A DNA stretch of 63,506 bases, filler included, from Octopus bimaculoides (GCF_001194135.2; 4 parts of 3 records of this genome joined end to end with filler, not necessarily neighbours in it); one strand, 5' to 3'; numbered from the whole stretch's first letter, positions 24,539 to 37,000 are shown. Notes: generated by a model not told the origin, from the sequence alone. Made by a program: numbers and translations.

Positions 24539-24715
24539 GCACTTTATGACACCACTTGCACAATGCGTGAAAAACGACTTGATATTGAAGATCAATTAAT
24601 GGAAGAAAGGAAAAACCAGGAAACATTCAAAAAGGATATAGATGCTTTAAACAAAAAGGCTAAAGTTATCAATACCTCTCTGGAGAAAGCACAAAATGAT
24701 TTGGAAGCTTTTCAG
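24539..24715 (+). CDS. CFAP44: CFAP44 (WDR52) internal exon, C-terminal coiled-coil region
   Basis: TAG|...|GTAAG, 177 nt, phase 0/0: ALYDTTCTMREKRLDIEDQLMEERKNQETFKKDIDALNKKAKVINTSLEKAQNDLEAFQ. Matches remembered human CFAP44 LREKRLDIEEALVEEKK...LEAYQ. Confidence 0.92.
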
Positions 24716-25290
24716 GTAAGTTGTTTTAAAAAGGTTCACCCAATTCTGTCTAGAGCTTAATGAAGCATTTCTGAGGACACATTTTGTTTATTTCTCAACC
24801 ATGTGGCTTTAGGTTCAGTCATAAATGGTACCTTCTTTGAAAATTCTACAGACGGTCAGAAAGCAATTTTCATGGATTAAGCAGATATTTTTGAAATGTG
24901 ATTCTTGTCCAATGTAATGGAGGTTCATTCAGATTTTGAATTGTCTTTGATGAATGTTCTTCTTTGATCTGAAACACTGGTGTATATGGATAAAAAAAAT
25001 CATCTCCCTGAGTTTGTGGTCGCATTAGAAAAGTTTTGATGTAAGTATTTCCCAAATTAAAACATAATTCTACATAAATACATTGTGAGGACCCATGTGA
25101 GGAGATTTTCAATATCTTTGCATTAGAAATATATTTAAATCATAGTGGAAATGTAGAGAATCAATGATCTTGAGTATTGATCATAGCAAGAAATTATTAG
25201 GTGTTGTTAACTCAATAATTGCAGTGGTTATGGTGTTTATAAACATCAGATTTTTAATTTGCCATTTTCTTGTGTCTTCCTCCATTTCAG

Positions 25291-25487
25291 TTAGAAAAAC
25301 AACGTAAATTGAATGAACTGGATGTAACAGTAACTTTACTCCTGCAACAAATTCAATACACTGTTGGTAAGAAATTCCCTCACGATATATCAAAGGCTTT
25401 GGTTTTCAGAAATAATCAGATTCTAAATTTGAACAGCAGAATTAAAGAACTTCAAGCTGAAAAGAATCAACAAAAAAGAAACAAACA
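25291..25487 (+). CDS. CFAP44: CFAP44 internal exon
   Basis: TTTCAG|...|GTAAGC, 197 nt, phase 0/2: LEKQRKLNELDVTVTLLLQQIQY...ALVFRNNQILNLNSRIKELQAEKNQQKRNK. Human: [23 protein letters not shown]...TLVFSN..L..LQERIHELQEE. Confidence 0.92.
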
Positions 25488-25790
25488 GTAAGCATTAATT
25501 TTTTTTAAATGTCATTTTTCTGGCCCTTCAAAATGTCCACTTTGAGGTATGGACATTTCTATGTCCAACTTAGCATTTAACATTAGTAGTACTACTTAAT
25601 TCTTAATAAAAATGAGAAATACTTATTCATAGATGCAGGAGTGGTTGTGTGGTAAGAAGCTCGCTTCCTAACAACATGGTGGTGAGTTCAGTCCAGCTGC
25701 ATGGCACTTTGGGCAAGTGTATTCTACTATAGCTTCAGGTCAAACAAAACCTTGTGAGCAGATTTGGTTGACAAAAACTAAAAGAAGCCC

Positions 25791-26010
25791 AATGGGGTGC
25801 TGAAAAGTTCCTGGTTTAAAGGATATTGTGAGAGATCTGGTTGGAGGTCCAACCTTCTGAGTCTTTTTTTACAGGACTTAGAAAAACTGAAGGATTACTG
25901 CTATAAGTGTGAATCTGAGAGGAGAATATGTTGAATAAAATCATATTTAACTGATCCTCCTGTATTTTCTTTAACTCAAAGCCAGGAATTTCTCTGCATC
26001 TCCTCATGTA
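25791..26010. mobile_element. Mariner-type MITE inserted in a family B SINE (host about 25632-26210)
   Basis: Imperfect TIRs GGGGTGCTGAAAAGTTCCTGG ... CCAGGAATTTCTCTGCATCTCC; the host SINE resumes after the element. Confidence 0.65.
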
Positions 26011-26906
26011 TATGCATTTGTGTGTGTGTGTGTATCTGCATTTGTCCACCACTTGACAGCCAGTGTGGTGTGTTTACATCCCTGAAACTTAGTGGTTTAG
26101 CAAAAAAGACTGATAGAGTAAGTACTAAGCTGAGGAAAATAAAAGTACTGGAGTTAGAAATTTTTCAAGGTGGTGTCCCAGCATGACTGTAGTCTAATGA
26201 CTGAAACATATAAGCCTCTCTAGAAACCCTATTTGGTGTTACTGTTTTAACTATTTTTCTCTGTTGTCACTTATAGTTTTTTCTAGCACAGCAGTAGAGA
26301 GAAAATGTGTTGACTGTGATACTCTTCACTGTTAGAAAAGAAAATTCTTTGATACCAGGAAGACAGTTTTATGTTACTACAATCTTAAATTTATATTTCA
26401 TAGCATAAATATTGGTTGATGGTATAATAATCATCATAATTTTTATTATTAAGTGTAAAAACTTTATAGAATTGATAAAATACAAGATAATATTGTTTTC
26501 ATATTTTGGAACAAGGCCAGCAATTCCGAGTGAGGGGGTTAGTCAATTACATTAACCCCAGTGTTTTACTAGTACTTATTTTATCAACCTTGAAAGGGAT
26601 GATAAGCAAAGTCAAGATGGAATTTGAACTCAGAATGTAATGCTGCTAAACATTTTGCCCAGCATGCTAACAACTCTGCCAGCTTTCTGCCTTAAAAAAA
26701 TACAAGATAATATTTGGAACATGATAATATTGGCATGATATAAATGATATTACTAATAGAACATATTATGAACAGTACTTATAAATGTGTATTAGCAAAA
26801 TATGATGTTATCAAGTTTACATAATAGTACTGGCAGAAACCCATGACAGCATTAAAATAATGGGAAGGAACTAAAAGGCTGATTGTGAATTTGAACTTTA
26901 TTACAG

Positions 26907-27132
26907 AGAAGAACGTCTAAAACACTGCCAACTTCTAAGAGACAAAAGACAGTTTGAACAAATAATAGGTCAACTAGAAGACACTTGTAACAAGATGATA
27001 GAAGATAAGTTTGGTCGGCTTGTTGACATGGAAACTGTTGAAACAGTAACAGTGCATAGAACCAATGCTGAACTTGAGGAAAGGGCACACCAAACAGAAC
27101 ACCAATTGAGAGCAAACAGATGTAAAGAGAGG
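26907..27132 (+). CDS. CFAP44: CFAP44 internal exon (absent from the ORF track)
   Basis: TACAG|...|GTAAC, 226 nt, phase 2/0: (Q)EERLKHCQLLRDKRQFEQIIGQLEDTCNKMIEDKFGRLVDMETVETVTVHRTNAELEERAHQTEHQLRANRCKER. Human: QLIREKREM...[22 protein letters not shown]. Confidence 0.9.
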
Positions 27133-28277
27133 GTAACACCTTAGATTTTTTTATCTCTCAAATCATTTTGTTTATGATGAGTTTATTATGCCAAGTCTGG
27201 CACCATGTAAAAGCACTTGTGATAGTGCCATGTTATAAGCACCCAGCACACACTGTTGAGTGGTTGGCGTTAGGAAGGGCATCCTGCCATAGAAACCAAC
27301 TCAAGTCAGATTGGAACTTGGTGCAACTCTTCTGCTCACCAGCTCTGATCAAACCATCCAACCCATGCCAGTATGGAAAATGGACATTAAAAGATAATGA
27401 TGATGATGATTTGGTATGCTTCATAAATGTTGGAGAATTACATATGATGGTGAATAAAGAATTCTCTTTTATGTGTTGTAGAAGTACAGCTAGGAGGTTA
27501 TGGTTTAGGTACATCTTTTGTGGGCAGCTTACTCTTGTATTTTCATAGTTCTTTATTCTTTAGCAGCTACAATATCACTTGAAATCTACATTGTCATAAT
27601 GTTAAGTCTTTTTCGTTGTTTCTCAAATGAAGAGGCTTTCCAGGTGCTTTTCTAGTTAGTCTCTGAGACATTTCATTCCCAGTTTTGAAAATTACAATGT
27701 CGTAAACTTTGTATGACAATGGAAATGTAGACCAGACATATAAAATAATTTAGAATGAATATAAAACCACAAATACAGCTGCTATAAAGATGAACTTAAT
27801 GACAGATGCTCCACTGAATTTCCTCTGTTATCTTATGAAATAATGCACTTGCATATTGTGTACTTTGGAACATTTGCAAGATTGACCAAAGAAGGCAAAA
27901 GCAACAAGCAATTTTAATTAGTTGCTTCACCATCATTGAGTTGAACTTGTTCTAATTTGCATGAACCTGATCCTTCATTTATCTCAATCTTCTATGGCAT
28001 GTGATAGATTCTTTCAGCAACATCCACTGATTTCTGCTAACTGATTGATGTATGACTTCATTAGATAACCAATGCAATTATGACCATGTTGGGATGTCCA
28101 AAGTAGCATGTCACCAACCAGCTTCTTCCCTAGTAGCATCGAACAAAGTGAACTTTTCTTTCTCAATGTGTAAATACATTTGAAAGCTTATTATCTAATC
28201 AATTCGTCTGCTGCCATTTTTGTTACTTTAACGTTTTTTCTTTCTTTCTTTCTTTCTTTTTTCTTTTTGTCATTAAG

Positions 28278-28412
28278 GAAAATATAATGCAGCTGAAGCG
28301 TGATATATCAGCAGTGACAAAAGAAAATACAGATCTTACTGGGCAGTTACGAATATTACTGGAAGAACAACATCTGTTAGAAGCCAGACTGGGTTCAAGG
28401 CAGAAGAATCTA
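28278..28412 (+). CDS. CFAP44: CFAP44 probable penultimate coding exon
   Basis: Pyrimidine tract + TAAG|...|GTAAGT, 135 nt, phase 0/0: ENIMQLKRDISAVTKENTDLTGQLRILLEEQHLLEARLGSRQKNL. Human: EKIAQMRWELMMKTKEHT...LDSRLNTLQ. The four exons splice to 735 nt with no stop. Confidence 0.87.
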
Positions 28413-28556
28413 GTAAGTCATCTTGTGTTCTCTTACTTTGTTGATAGTTAACCAAAGGTAGAAATAGAAACAGTGAAACTGGAATGAAGTAGCTACGAAC
28501 ATCCTTAGACTGACAGGCCTTACATGCAAAATGTAATTTGTAAAAGTTCACTAAAA

Positions 28557-28859
28557 ATATTTGCCACTTAAATGTGGCTGACCCCTAAAGGTGGATGTTA
28601 CTGTTGCTTTTAGCCCCAGGAGAACATCTTCTCCAGCTGGCTATCGACACACATCTGTTTCCTGTCTATATTTGCAAAGGGAAGTCATCCTTCCCATCTG
28701 TATGTATCGCAGATCGAGATGGGAAGGATGACTTCCCTTTGCAAATATAGACAGGAAACAGATGTGTGTCGATAGCCAGCTGGAGAAGATGTTCTCCTGG
28801 GTCTAAAAGCAACAGTAACATCCACCCTTAGGGGTCAGCCACATTTAAGTGGCAAATAT
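28557..28859. mobile_element. Fold-back element B (143-bp inverted arms, 17-nt spacer)
   Basis: Arms 28557-28699 and 28717-28859 differ at only two positions; ATAT at both ends. Confidence 0.85.
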
Positions 28860-29789
28860 ACTTCACCTTGCCGTGCAGTTACTGTTAATACCTCGCTCAG
28901 AGATTTAACATTCACTAAACATATTTCACTGATATATTTGCTTTCTTTCAAGGGTTTTCTCATTGGAGAATTAGATTTCTTTCTTGCAATCCAATGAAAT
29001 AATGATCAGTTGCTCAGTGTCCAGGCATAACTTGTTTACAGAACTGAACTGTACCTCCCTATGGTACTTATTTTTCTCAGGAAGAAATGAGATAAATATT
29101 GAAAGTAAAGGATATTCTTTATTCTATTAGTGGTAGCATGAAATGGCTTAACAATATGGTTGCAAATACTCAGGCTGCTGTTGTAAACAATGGCGAAAAT
29201 AATAATGATGATAACAATGGTAGTGCAGATACACATTTGTTGGTTAAGACTTCATAATTGATTCTAAGTACTCTGCATTTTAAGCTGTCACTCCAACTTA
29301 CTCTGCAATTTTCTCAGGCATATGGTGTGGTGTCATTTTACAGCGGTATCCATTTCATAGTGTTTATGAATAATCTAATAAAGTGGAAATGGTAGGCTTA
29401 ATCTCTTACATTATCTGGTCCTTTAGGTGCCTGTAGTAGTATTTTACTTGGTTGCAGTTATTTAGGTCAGATCTCTTTCTTCTCTAAGTCTTAGAGGCTT
29501 CTCTAAATCTGCTCATAAGTACCATTAATAACAAAAGTGCTATAAACAAAGACAAATTATGTGTATCTTTTATCACTTATCTTTTACTTGCTTTAGTCAT
29601 TGGACAGCAGCCATGCTTGGGCACTGCCTTGAAAGGTTTAGTCAAACAAATCAGCTTCAATACTTATATTTAAGCGTCTTTTCTAAACTGCTAAGTTACA
29701 GTGATGTAAATAAACCAACACTGGTTGCCAATCAGTGGATAGTGGAGATAAATCACAAAGGCAAACATTCATGCATACAATCATACAAC

Positions 29790-29825
<36 letters not shown>

Positions 29826-29925
29826 NNNNNNNNNNNNNNNNNNNNNNNNNNNNNNNNNNNNNNNNNNNNTTAATTAATTAANNNNNNNNNNNNNNNNNNN
29901 NNNNNNNNNNNNNNNNNNNNNNNNN
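29826..29925. other. Artificial scaffold join (44 N + TTAATTAATTAA + 44 N)
   Basis: Same 100-bp layout as the join at 8095. Confidence 0.95.
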
Positions 29926-29956
<31 letters not shown>

Positions 29957-30894
29957 GTATGTGTGTGTATGCGCGTGCGCATCGTATTATGTATATATTT
30001 GTATTTAGCGAATACTATTACTGCAGTTGCTGTCGTTGTTGTTGTTGTTGCGTTGTTGTTCTTATTTAAATCCTAAGTCTGCCTTGATTAAGCATATCTA
30101 TGATCAAAGACGATCAGAGGGGAAAAACAGGCTTGGTGTAAATAGGAATACATTACTTAATGTGTCCTTCCTTTTTGTGAGACGGTAGGGTACGATTTCA
30201 GGATAATTTTGGCTGCTATTTCTAACGAACTGATCGACGAGACCACGTAGAAGAAATATGGTATTTTTTAACGATTTTATTCTAAGCTGAACGAACTGGC
30301 CCTAGCTCACCCAAGTATCAAAAATATACCGTAGAATACATTATTTTTTTTTCTTTTGTGAGTGAAGTGGACACTAAAAGGAATGTATTGTTGGCACCAA
30401 GACAAGAGAACATAATGTCAGAATATATTGTGTGCACTCTGATTCGTTTTCTCAATAGAATGTAAGCTCGTGTGGAATAAGGACAAAGAGGGTTGCTTGT
30501 TTAGCAGATGTATTATTTATTATTATTATTTATTATTATTATTGTTATTATTATTATTTAGCAACTAACATCGTAACAAAACACAAATGGAAAAACTAAC
30601 GTATGAAGAAGAAAGAGAACAAAAAAATAGATAAAGTAAAAAAAAATAATACAATAAACAAACAACTAGCGTATTGACATCAAATTCTTTTGCCCAAATT
30701 ACCAAATAATTCAGTGAAATGAAATAAGTGCCCACACTATTCAAAAGAAATCGATATACATCACAATATAAGTGATTATTGCTGGCTAGAATAAAAAAAA
30801 AATGCGTTGTTGTTGTTAATATTATTGTTTTTGTTATATAGCTTTTGTTGTTTTTTTTTTTATTTCTCAAAGTGTAAATTATCGTCCGATTTAC

Positions 30895-30944
30895 GAACCA
30901 ATATAAGTAAAAGTGACATCCGGCTTTTTACCACCGGAAGCCAT
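30895..30944 (-). CDS. Candidate first coding exon of an unidentified gene (MASGGKKPDVTFTYIG..)
   Basis: AAT-ATG-G Kozak-like context, 50 nt, GTAAAT donor, set in a CpG-rich region with YY1/ETS motifs. Protein not recognised. Confidence 0.5.
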
Positions 30945-31120
30945 ATTGAATAAATTTCGTTGACTTTTAATGAAATCCATTATTTAAAGTTTCACTAAAT
31001 CACAAGTAGAGTAAAGAAAACATTTGTTAAATATTCTGTTTCACACTAGATTTACCTACATACAACCAAGTCCTATTCATTTGCAATGCTGTTAAATTCT
31101 CGCTTCACGCCGGAAGTACG
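30915..31120. promoter_or_regulatory. Probable housekeeping-type promoter (ETS and YY1-like motifs)
   Basis: CCGGAAG at 30934-30940, YY1-like GCCATATT at 30940-30947, CCGGAAGT at 31110-31117; locally high CpG. Confidence 0.5.
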
Positions 31121-32479
31121 AAAGGTAAAGGTCGAACAACCACGTGATTCGAACACAAAACGTATATCACAAAAGCCTTCTAAATAAACACTGCCAACCT
31201 ACTTTTACCAATATTCTGTCGATTTTATTGATTTTGCCAATCCGTATTCTGTCCCGAATATCCAATGTCTGAAAAGAAGTTTGTCCTTTTAAAACAAGTT
31301 GTCACTAACGATAATTTCTAACAAACGTACAAGGCATCAACTTTCTTGAGAGGTAACAGACGACCACATCGATCCCAAAACCACCAACACTGGAATCGAT
31401 GATTGCTTCAAACTGTACGTTTGATTGGATGAAAAACAAAGTTGACTTCGGCAGGATTGAATCGTAAAACTTTGAAATACTGAAATATCCACAGCAATGT
31501 ATTTTGTCCAATATACTGTTGATTCAGCGCCCTGATATCTTTTATCTTCTACCTGCTTCAGTCATTGGACAGCGGCCATCCTGAGACAGCACCTTGAATC
31601 GACCTCAGTACTTATTTTTTAAATGTTGTACATATTCTGTCAGTTCCTTTTGCCGAACCGCTAGATGACGGAGATGTAAACACACACACACACACAATAC
31701 ATACGACGGATTTCGATACAGTTTCCCTCTAGTAAATCTATTCACAAGGCATTGGTCAGCTCAGAAATATAGAAGAGGACGTTTTCCCTGGCAGGACTGA
31801 ACCTGAAACAGCGTGATTGTAAAGCGAACTTCTTAACCACTCAACTAAACCTACGCCTAAAGATAAATCTTGTTACATAAGCACATGGCGACAAATTAGG
31901 TGGAAGGAGTTTGTCGATTAAAGAAACCTCTTGTTACTTTACTTTCATCCCTCTAAGGGTCGATAGATAAAGTACCACTTAAAGGCAGGGCACTGGTAGA
32001 GTCGTTGTAGCATCGGACACGACGCCTAGCGGTATTTGATCTGGTTCTTTACATTTTGTGTTCAAATCCTTCCGTGGCTGATCCCGTTGAGACTCAATAT
32101 GTTGCCTGGTTTAATTCCACAACTAGGTCCTTGTATGTTTTTAGCACCCTGTAAATAGTCATGGGCACTGCCTTGACTCTTGACTAAATGACAATAATAT
32201 ATATCATGTCGTCTACAGTTTTTTTTTTCATCTTTTTATAATGTAACTTGAAAGACGTATTAGTAATGGCTCTGACAGGGCTTCAGACGATGTTTCTTTT
32301 CGACAATCACAACTCGATGACTGCACAAAGAAACATGGGCAGAGCAAAAAGAGTTCAGAGGAAGAAAGTCAAGAGTGATGATATTTTGGGAAGAAAAGAT
32401 GAGGTATAGTCGTAAATAGGGAACCAGATAGGGAGTCTTATCGTTGGCTGTGGATAGTATTTTAGTTACTCTGGGGAGT

Positions 32480-33060
32480 TACAAACCCGTTTAATGCGAG
32501 ATCAGTGTTTAGCTATCTCCTAATGGTAGCGCTTAGTTAAGGACTCGTCTACAAAATTATGGACCAGATTTACAAAGACCTTTGCCAGGAATAAGACACA
32601 AAATGACATGGCAATTGTTACTACCGACAGACTGATAATTCGAAGATGTCATGAAAGATGGCACAACACTTTGTGACACTCCGCGGTAGACTGATGTTCT
32701 TCTGGCATTGTAAGTTGGTCTGCATTCTTCGACATACACAAATTCTAAGTTGGGCAGCACTACCTACAAAACTGTTGTTCTTGTAGTGCTATTTGAGGAC
32801 TTGAGCGGGGTGTAGCATCACTTAGTTTCCTATACACCGAAATACCTGTTGCTACAATCTGTGCAAACGGGTACCTGTTGGTCAACCAACGACGCTTGAC
32901 TACAAGATGGAAGATAGAGGTAACTCAAGTCAATCTACCAGCTCTGGGGAGTAATGGCTACATTTGCAGCCATTGGGACAGCACATGTGAGCGTCAAACT
33001 TTGGTATGTGCTGACGACTCCATGCTAATCATTCGGGTGGCCTCATTTGTGTGATGCTGT
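32480..33060 (+). mobile_element. Degenerate LINE (RTE-like) C-terminal relic
   Basis: Broken frames ending in a Cys/His-containing segment (GYICSHWDSTCERQ); weak similarity only. Confidence 0.3.
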
Positions 33061-33351
33061 CTCGAATATTTGTTTATGTAACAACTGTAGCATTGTGGAT
33101 ATGAGAGCAATATTCAATTGCTGTTCTTCTCCCTTGAGTTTTTGAAGTGTTACCAACTGTTATTGTTAATTGTTTCTCGCCTAGAAAAGGAAATGATTGG
33201 TTTTTTTCTGACACCTCATCTTTATTCTAAGCTGCGGAAGAGAGATCGCAAGGAGAGGTCGTCAGTGATTTTACGAGTCTTCCAGGCATTTTTGTTGAGA
33301 AGGCTTCAGTTGCATATTGTCCTTCAATGGTCATTATTTCACAGATCTCAA

Positions 33352-33540
33352 CGGCGGCGACCTGGACGAAATGCTTAGCGTAGTTCGCCTGTCACTACGT
33401 TCTGAGTTCAAATTCTACCGTGGTCCACTTTGCCTTTCATCCTTTCGAGGTCGAGAAATTAAGAACTAGTGAAACGCTGGGGTCGATGTAATCAATTAGT
33501 CCTCTCCCCACAAATTTCAGGCCTTGTGCTTAGAGTAGAA
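33352..33540 (+). mobile_element. SINE family A
   Basis: GGCGGCGA head (internally shortened) and family A body with CpGs retained. Confidence 0.85.
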
Positions 33541-33973
33541 AGAAATGTTTCACAAATTTCAATAGATCAATAGATTAAAATATAATCGACCTCAGTGAAT
33601 TGAGAACATGAATTGTTATACCTAAATGTCGATCTATCGGTCGTCACCCTACACTGTCGTGCTCCCTGCTTCTCAAAGCCAAGCCATATGTACCCGAGGG
33701 TATGCAAGCAGTTGATCGACAATAATCGATGGAAATACATTCTCTCGGGAATATTCGAACGACAAAAAATAACGAAGTTGATCGAAGTAACAGATGTGCT
33801 AATTAACAGTTAACTGAATTTAGCAAATAAATATTTCGAAATTATTATAGCAAAAGCTGTAGGATATGAAAGAAATTTAAATTGTTAAGTTTTATTAAAA
33901 TAGATTTATATAAAACAAAATATAAAAACCGGTAATTTTAGACATGACAAATGCACATATACATATACAACCG

Positions 33974-34013
<40 letters not shown>

Positions 34014-37000
34014 TGTGTGTGTNNNNNNNNNNNNNNNNNNNNNNNNNNNNNNNNNNNNNNNNNNNNNNNNNNNNNNNNNNNNNNNNNNNNNNNNNNNNNN
34101 NNNNNNNNNNNNNNNNNNNNNNNNNNNNNNNNNNNNNNNNNNNNNNNNNNNNNNNNNNNNNNNNNNNNNNNNNNNNNNNNNNNNNNNNNNNNNNNNNNNN
34201 NNNNNNNNNNNNNNNNNNNNNNNNNNNNNNNNNNNNNNNNNNNNNNNNNNNNNNNNNNNNNNNNNNNNNNNNNNNNNNNNNNNNNNNNNNNNNNNNNNNN
34301 NNNNNNNNNNNNNNNNNNNNNNNNNNNNNNNNNNNNNNNNNNNNNNNNNNNNNNNNNNNNNNNNNNNNNNNNNNNNNNNNNNNNNNNNNNNNNNNNNNNN
34401 NNNNNNNNNNNNNNNNNNNNNNNNNNNNNATATATAGATATATATATATATATATATATCCGAGAACCATGTGGATATCATTGCAAGCTCCTCGTACAGA
34501 CTCGGCTATCAGTCCACATAACCGTATCAATATTTATCATTCATCATACAATATTATATTATGTTGTCAGTTAATATTTTACAACTATAGCACAAGGCCC
34601 TCTATTTGGAGGAAAGTATGTAATAAATCGACTTAAATCGAAGTAAAAACGAATGAAAGACAAAGTCTTTAGCCACGTCATCTGGACTTGAAACGTAGAA
34701 GGAAGTAACTAAATGCCGTGATGCATTTCGTCTTTGATGTTCTACCGATTTTGCAACTCGTTTGGCCTAGCGTTAAAAATTATTCGTTATATGGGGCCCA
34801 CTGTCTGAGATTTCACGATATTTCCTTCAAATCTCTGCATTATGAATTCCAATCCCTCTCAGACTGTCTCTTAATTTTTAATATTTCCGGTTAGGGGTCG
34901 ATAAATCAAATACCAGCAACGTACCTGACATTGCTTTAAAGGAGGGGCGGCTAAAGAACTAAATCCCGTTTTTTATTTTTATCGTCGCCGGAAGGAGTAA
35001 AATTAAAAACTGATATTTGTGACCTGTGAATGCAGAAATGTAAAACTGGAAAAGAAAATGTGAAAGTAATGTAAAAGACTGAAAATAAACATGGCAATTT
35101 TGTTCGACACTCTGACGGTTCTGCCGATTAACCTCTCTTCTAGAGATGATGACGATGGTTTTTAACGTAGCAAGCAGTCGATCATTGTTGGAGAACATCG
35201 GTTAGAATACCCTGCGATATTTGTTCCAGCTTCCTGCGTTCCTAATTCGAATCCCGTCGATTTCCAATTTGCCTTTCATTTCGTCGGAATCGATGAATAA
35301 TCCATCGATACATGGTGTTGGATTGGCAGAATTAATAGAGCATCAAATGTAATACCTTGAGATATCTGCTCTGGCTCTGTATTCTGATGTCAACACCTGG
35401 AATGTCACGGGTGGACAAGCCGTAAGGTTGTCATGCCTTTCCTTGAACAACATCGGTGCCATGAAAAAGGTAACTTGCACGAATGAGCATCGACTGGTCT
35501 TCCATGAAAGGAAAGCTTGTTCAGGACTATGCCCTCAAACAGAACTTGCAGGATGCAGACATATGATCTTTGTAGACATTCAGATATCCCAGATCAAAGA
35601 CCCAGGTTGTGACAAATTTAAAAGAGAGCACCAATATTTTATTGATAATATTTTATCGATCTCTGTCTGAGGGAGAGCGGTTCATTAAATGCGGCAACGT
35701 ATTTTGTTCAACGCGCTATCGATTACGACATTCCTCCACACACTTTAATAATAACTCTCTTCTAGAAGAGACAAAAGACTTGGCTCCGTCTACAAATAAT
35801 AATTTCTAATTTCGGAATGAAGCCAGCCATTTTGAGTCTTGGAGGGAGTGGCAGGTCGATTGTATCGGCTCCAATCCTCAACACGTATTTATTTTATGGA
35901 TTCCAGAAAGATGACAAGCAAAGTCGTCCTAGACTGGATTTGAACTCAGAAACAGCCGCAAAAAGCCGCCAAGCATTTTCTCGAATGTTCTAATGATTCT
36001 GCAAGCTCGTTGCCTTCCTTGATATTCTTTTTAATAATTACGAAAATTGATTCTTGATTTCTATCGAGAAACTGTGACAGAGTAGGCTCATCAAACGAGT
36101 CTGATTTCTGATCAGTTTCTCGTGGAAAGAACATGCTGAGGCCTTCATCCTGCGCTCGACTGAACATGGACAATCCAATCCGATCAAAGGATTTCAATAA
36201 TTATTTTCTTTTATTTTTATTAATTATTCAAACTATTTTATTCTTTTCTCTTTTTTTTTTCTTTCATTCATTAGATTGAGTCCATGCTGGGGCACCGCCT
36301 TGAATGAATCGAATGAATCGACCCCTGATAGGTATTTTATCGATCATTTTTGCCGAACCGATAGATTACGGAGACGTAAACACTCCAATCACCCTTATCT
36401 TCACTGATGCGAAGCATTTTCGATCGTTTGTAAGAAAGGATGGAATCAAATATTAGTTTACGAACAAAATTAAAATTCAGTCAGTCAAGAAATTCGTATC
36501 CTGTACGTTGCTTTTAAAGAGAAGATAACTAGGTGGGGAGAGAAAGCATTTAGTAATAGAGTATTTTCCCCTGGAAAATGCACCTTTTATTTTTAACTTT
36601 ATTCTTTTCATTTTTACTATACTATCATTGATTTTCTTATTTCGTTCATTGGACTGCGGCCACTCTGGATTATCGCCTGGAATGGCGTAATCGACCGACT
36701 CGAAACCAATACATATTTCAAGTCCAGTTCTTATTCCATTGACCATCTTTTACCGAACTTGCTAACCAGTAAGGCTGGAAAGAAGCCATCACAAACAAAG
36801 CTGCTGCTTCGGTGATGGCACCGGCGGCGTCTATTGGTGTTGCTGCTACAGCTTAGTGCAGACCATATAACATGGTGATATAACATGCTGACCCATAACA
36901 TTCAGTCGGCTGACCAGCTCGAAGCGTCCGCCGAATCACTCTGAACATCTCAACCGATTATCTTTCCAAACAACACAGAAGAACGTGTAGTCCTAGTAGA

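Noticed and set aside
28952-28996. Good acceptor TTTCTTTCAAG|GGT as the CFAP44 last exon
   Set aside because: It gives GFLIGELDFFLAIQ-stop with no similarity to the conserved CFAP44 C-terminus.
33895-34636. Long ORFs here and at 43337-43872, 45744-46400, 53748-54317, 56046-56781 and 61626-62339
   Set aside because: They are open only because they run through N gaps and dinucleotide microsatellites.
35380-35700. Possible LINE endonuclease relic (NTWNV motif) / ORF 35428-35670
   Set aside because: A single short motif with no further recognisable endonuclease residues; not supportable.
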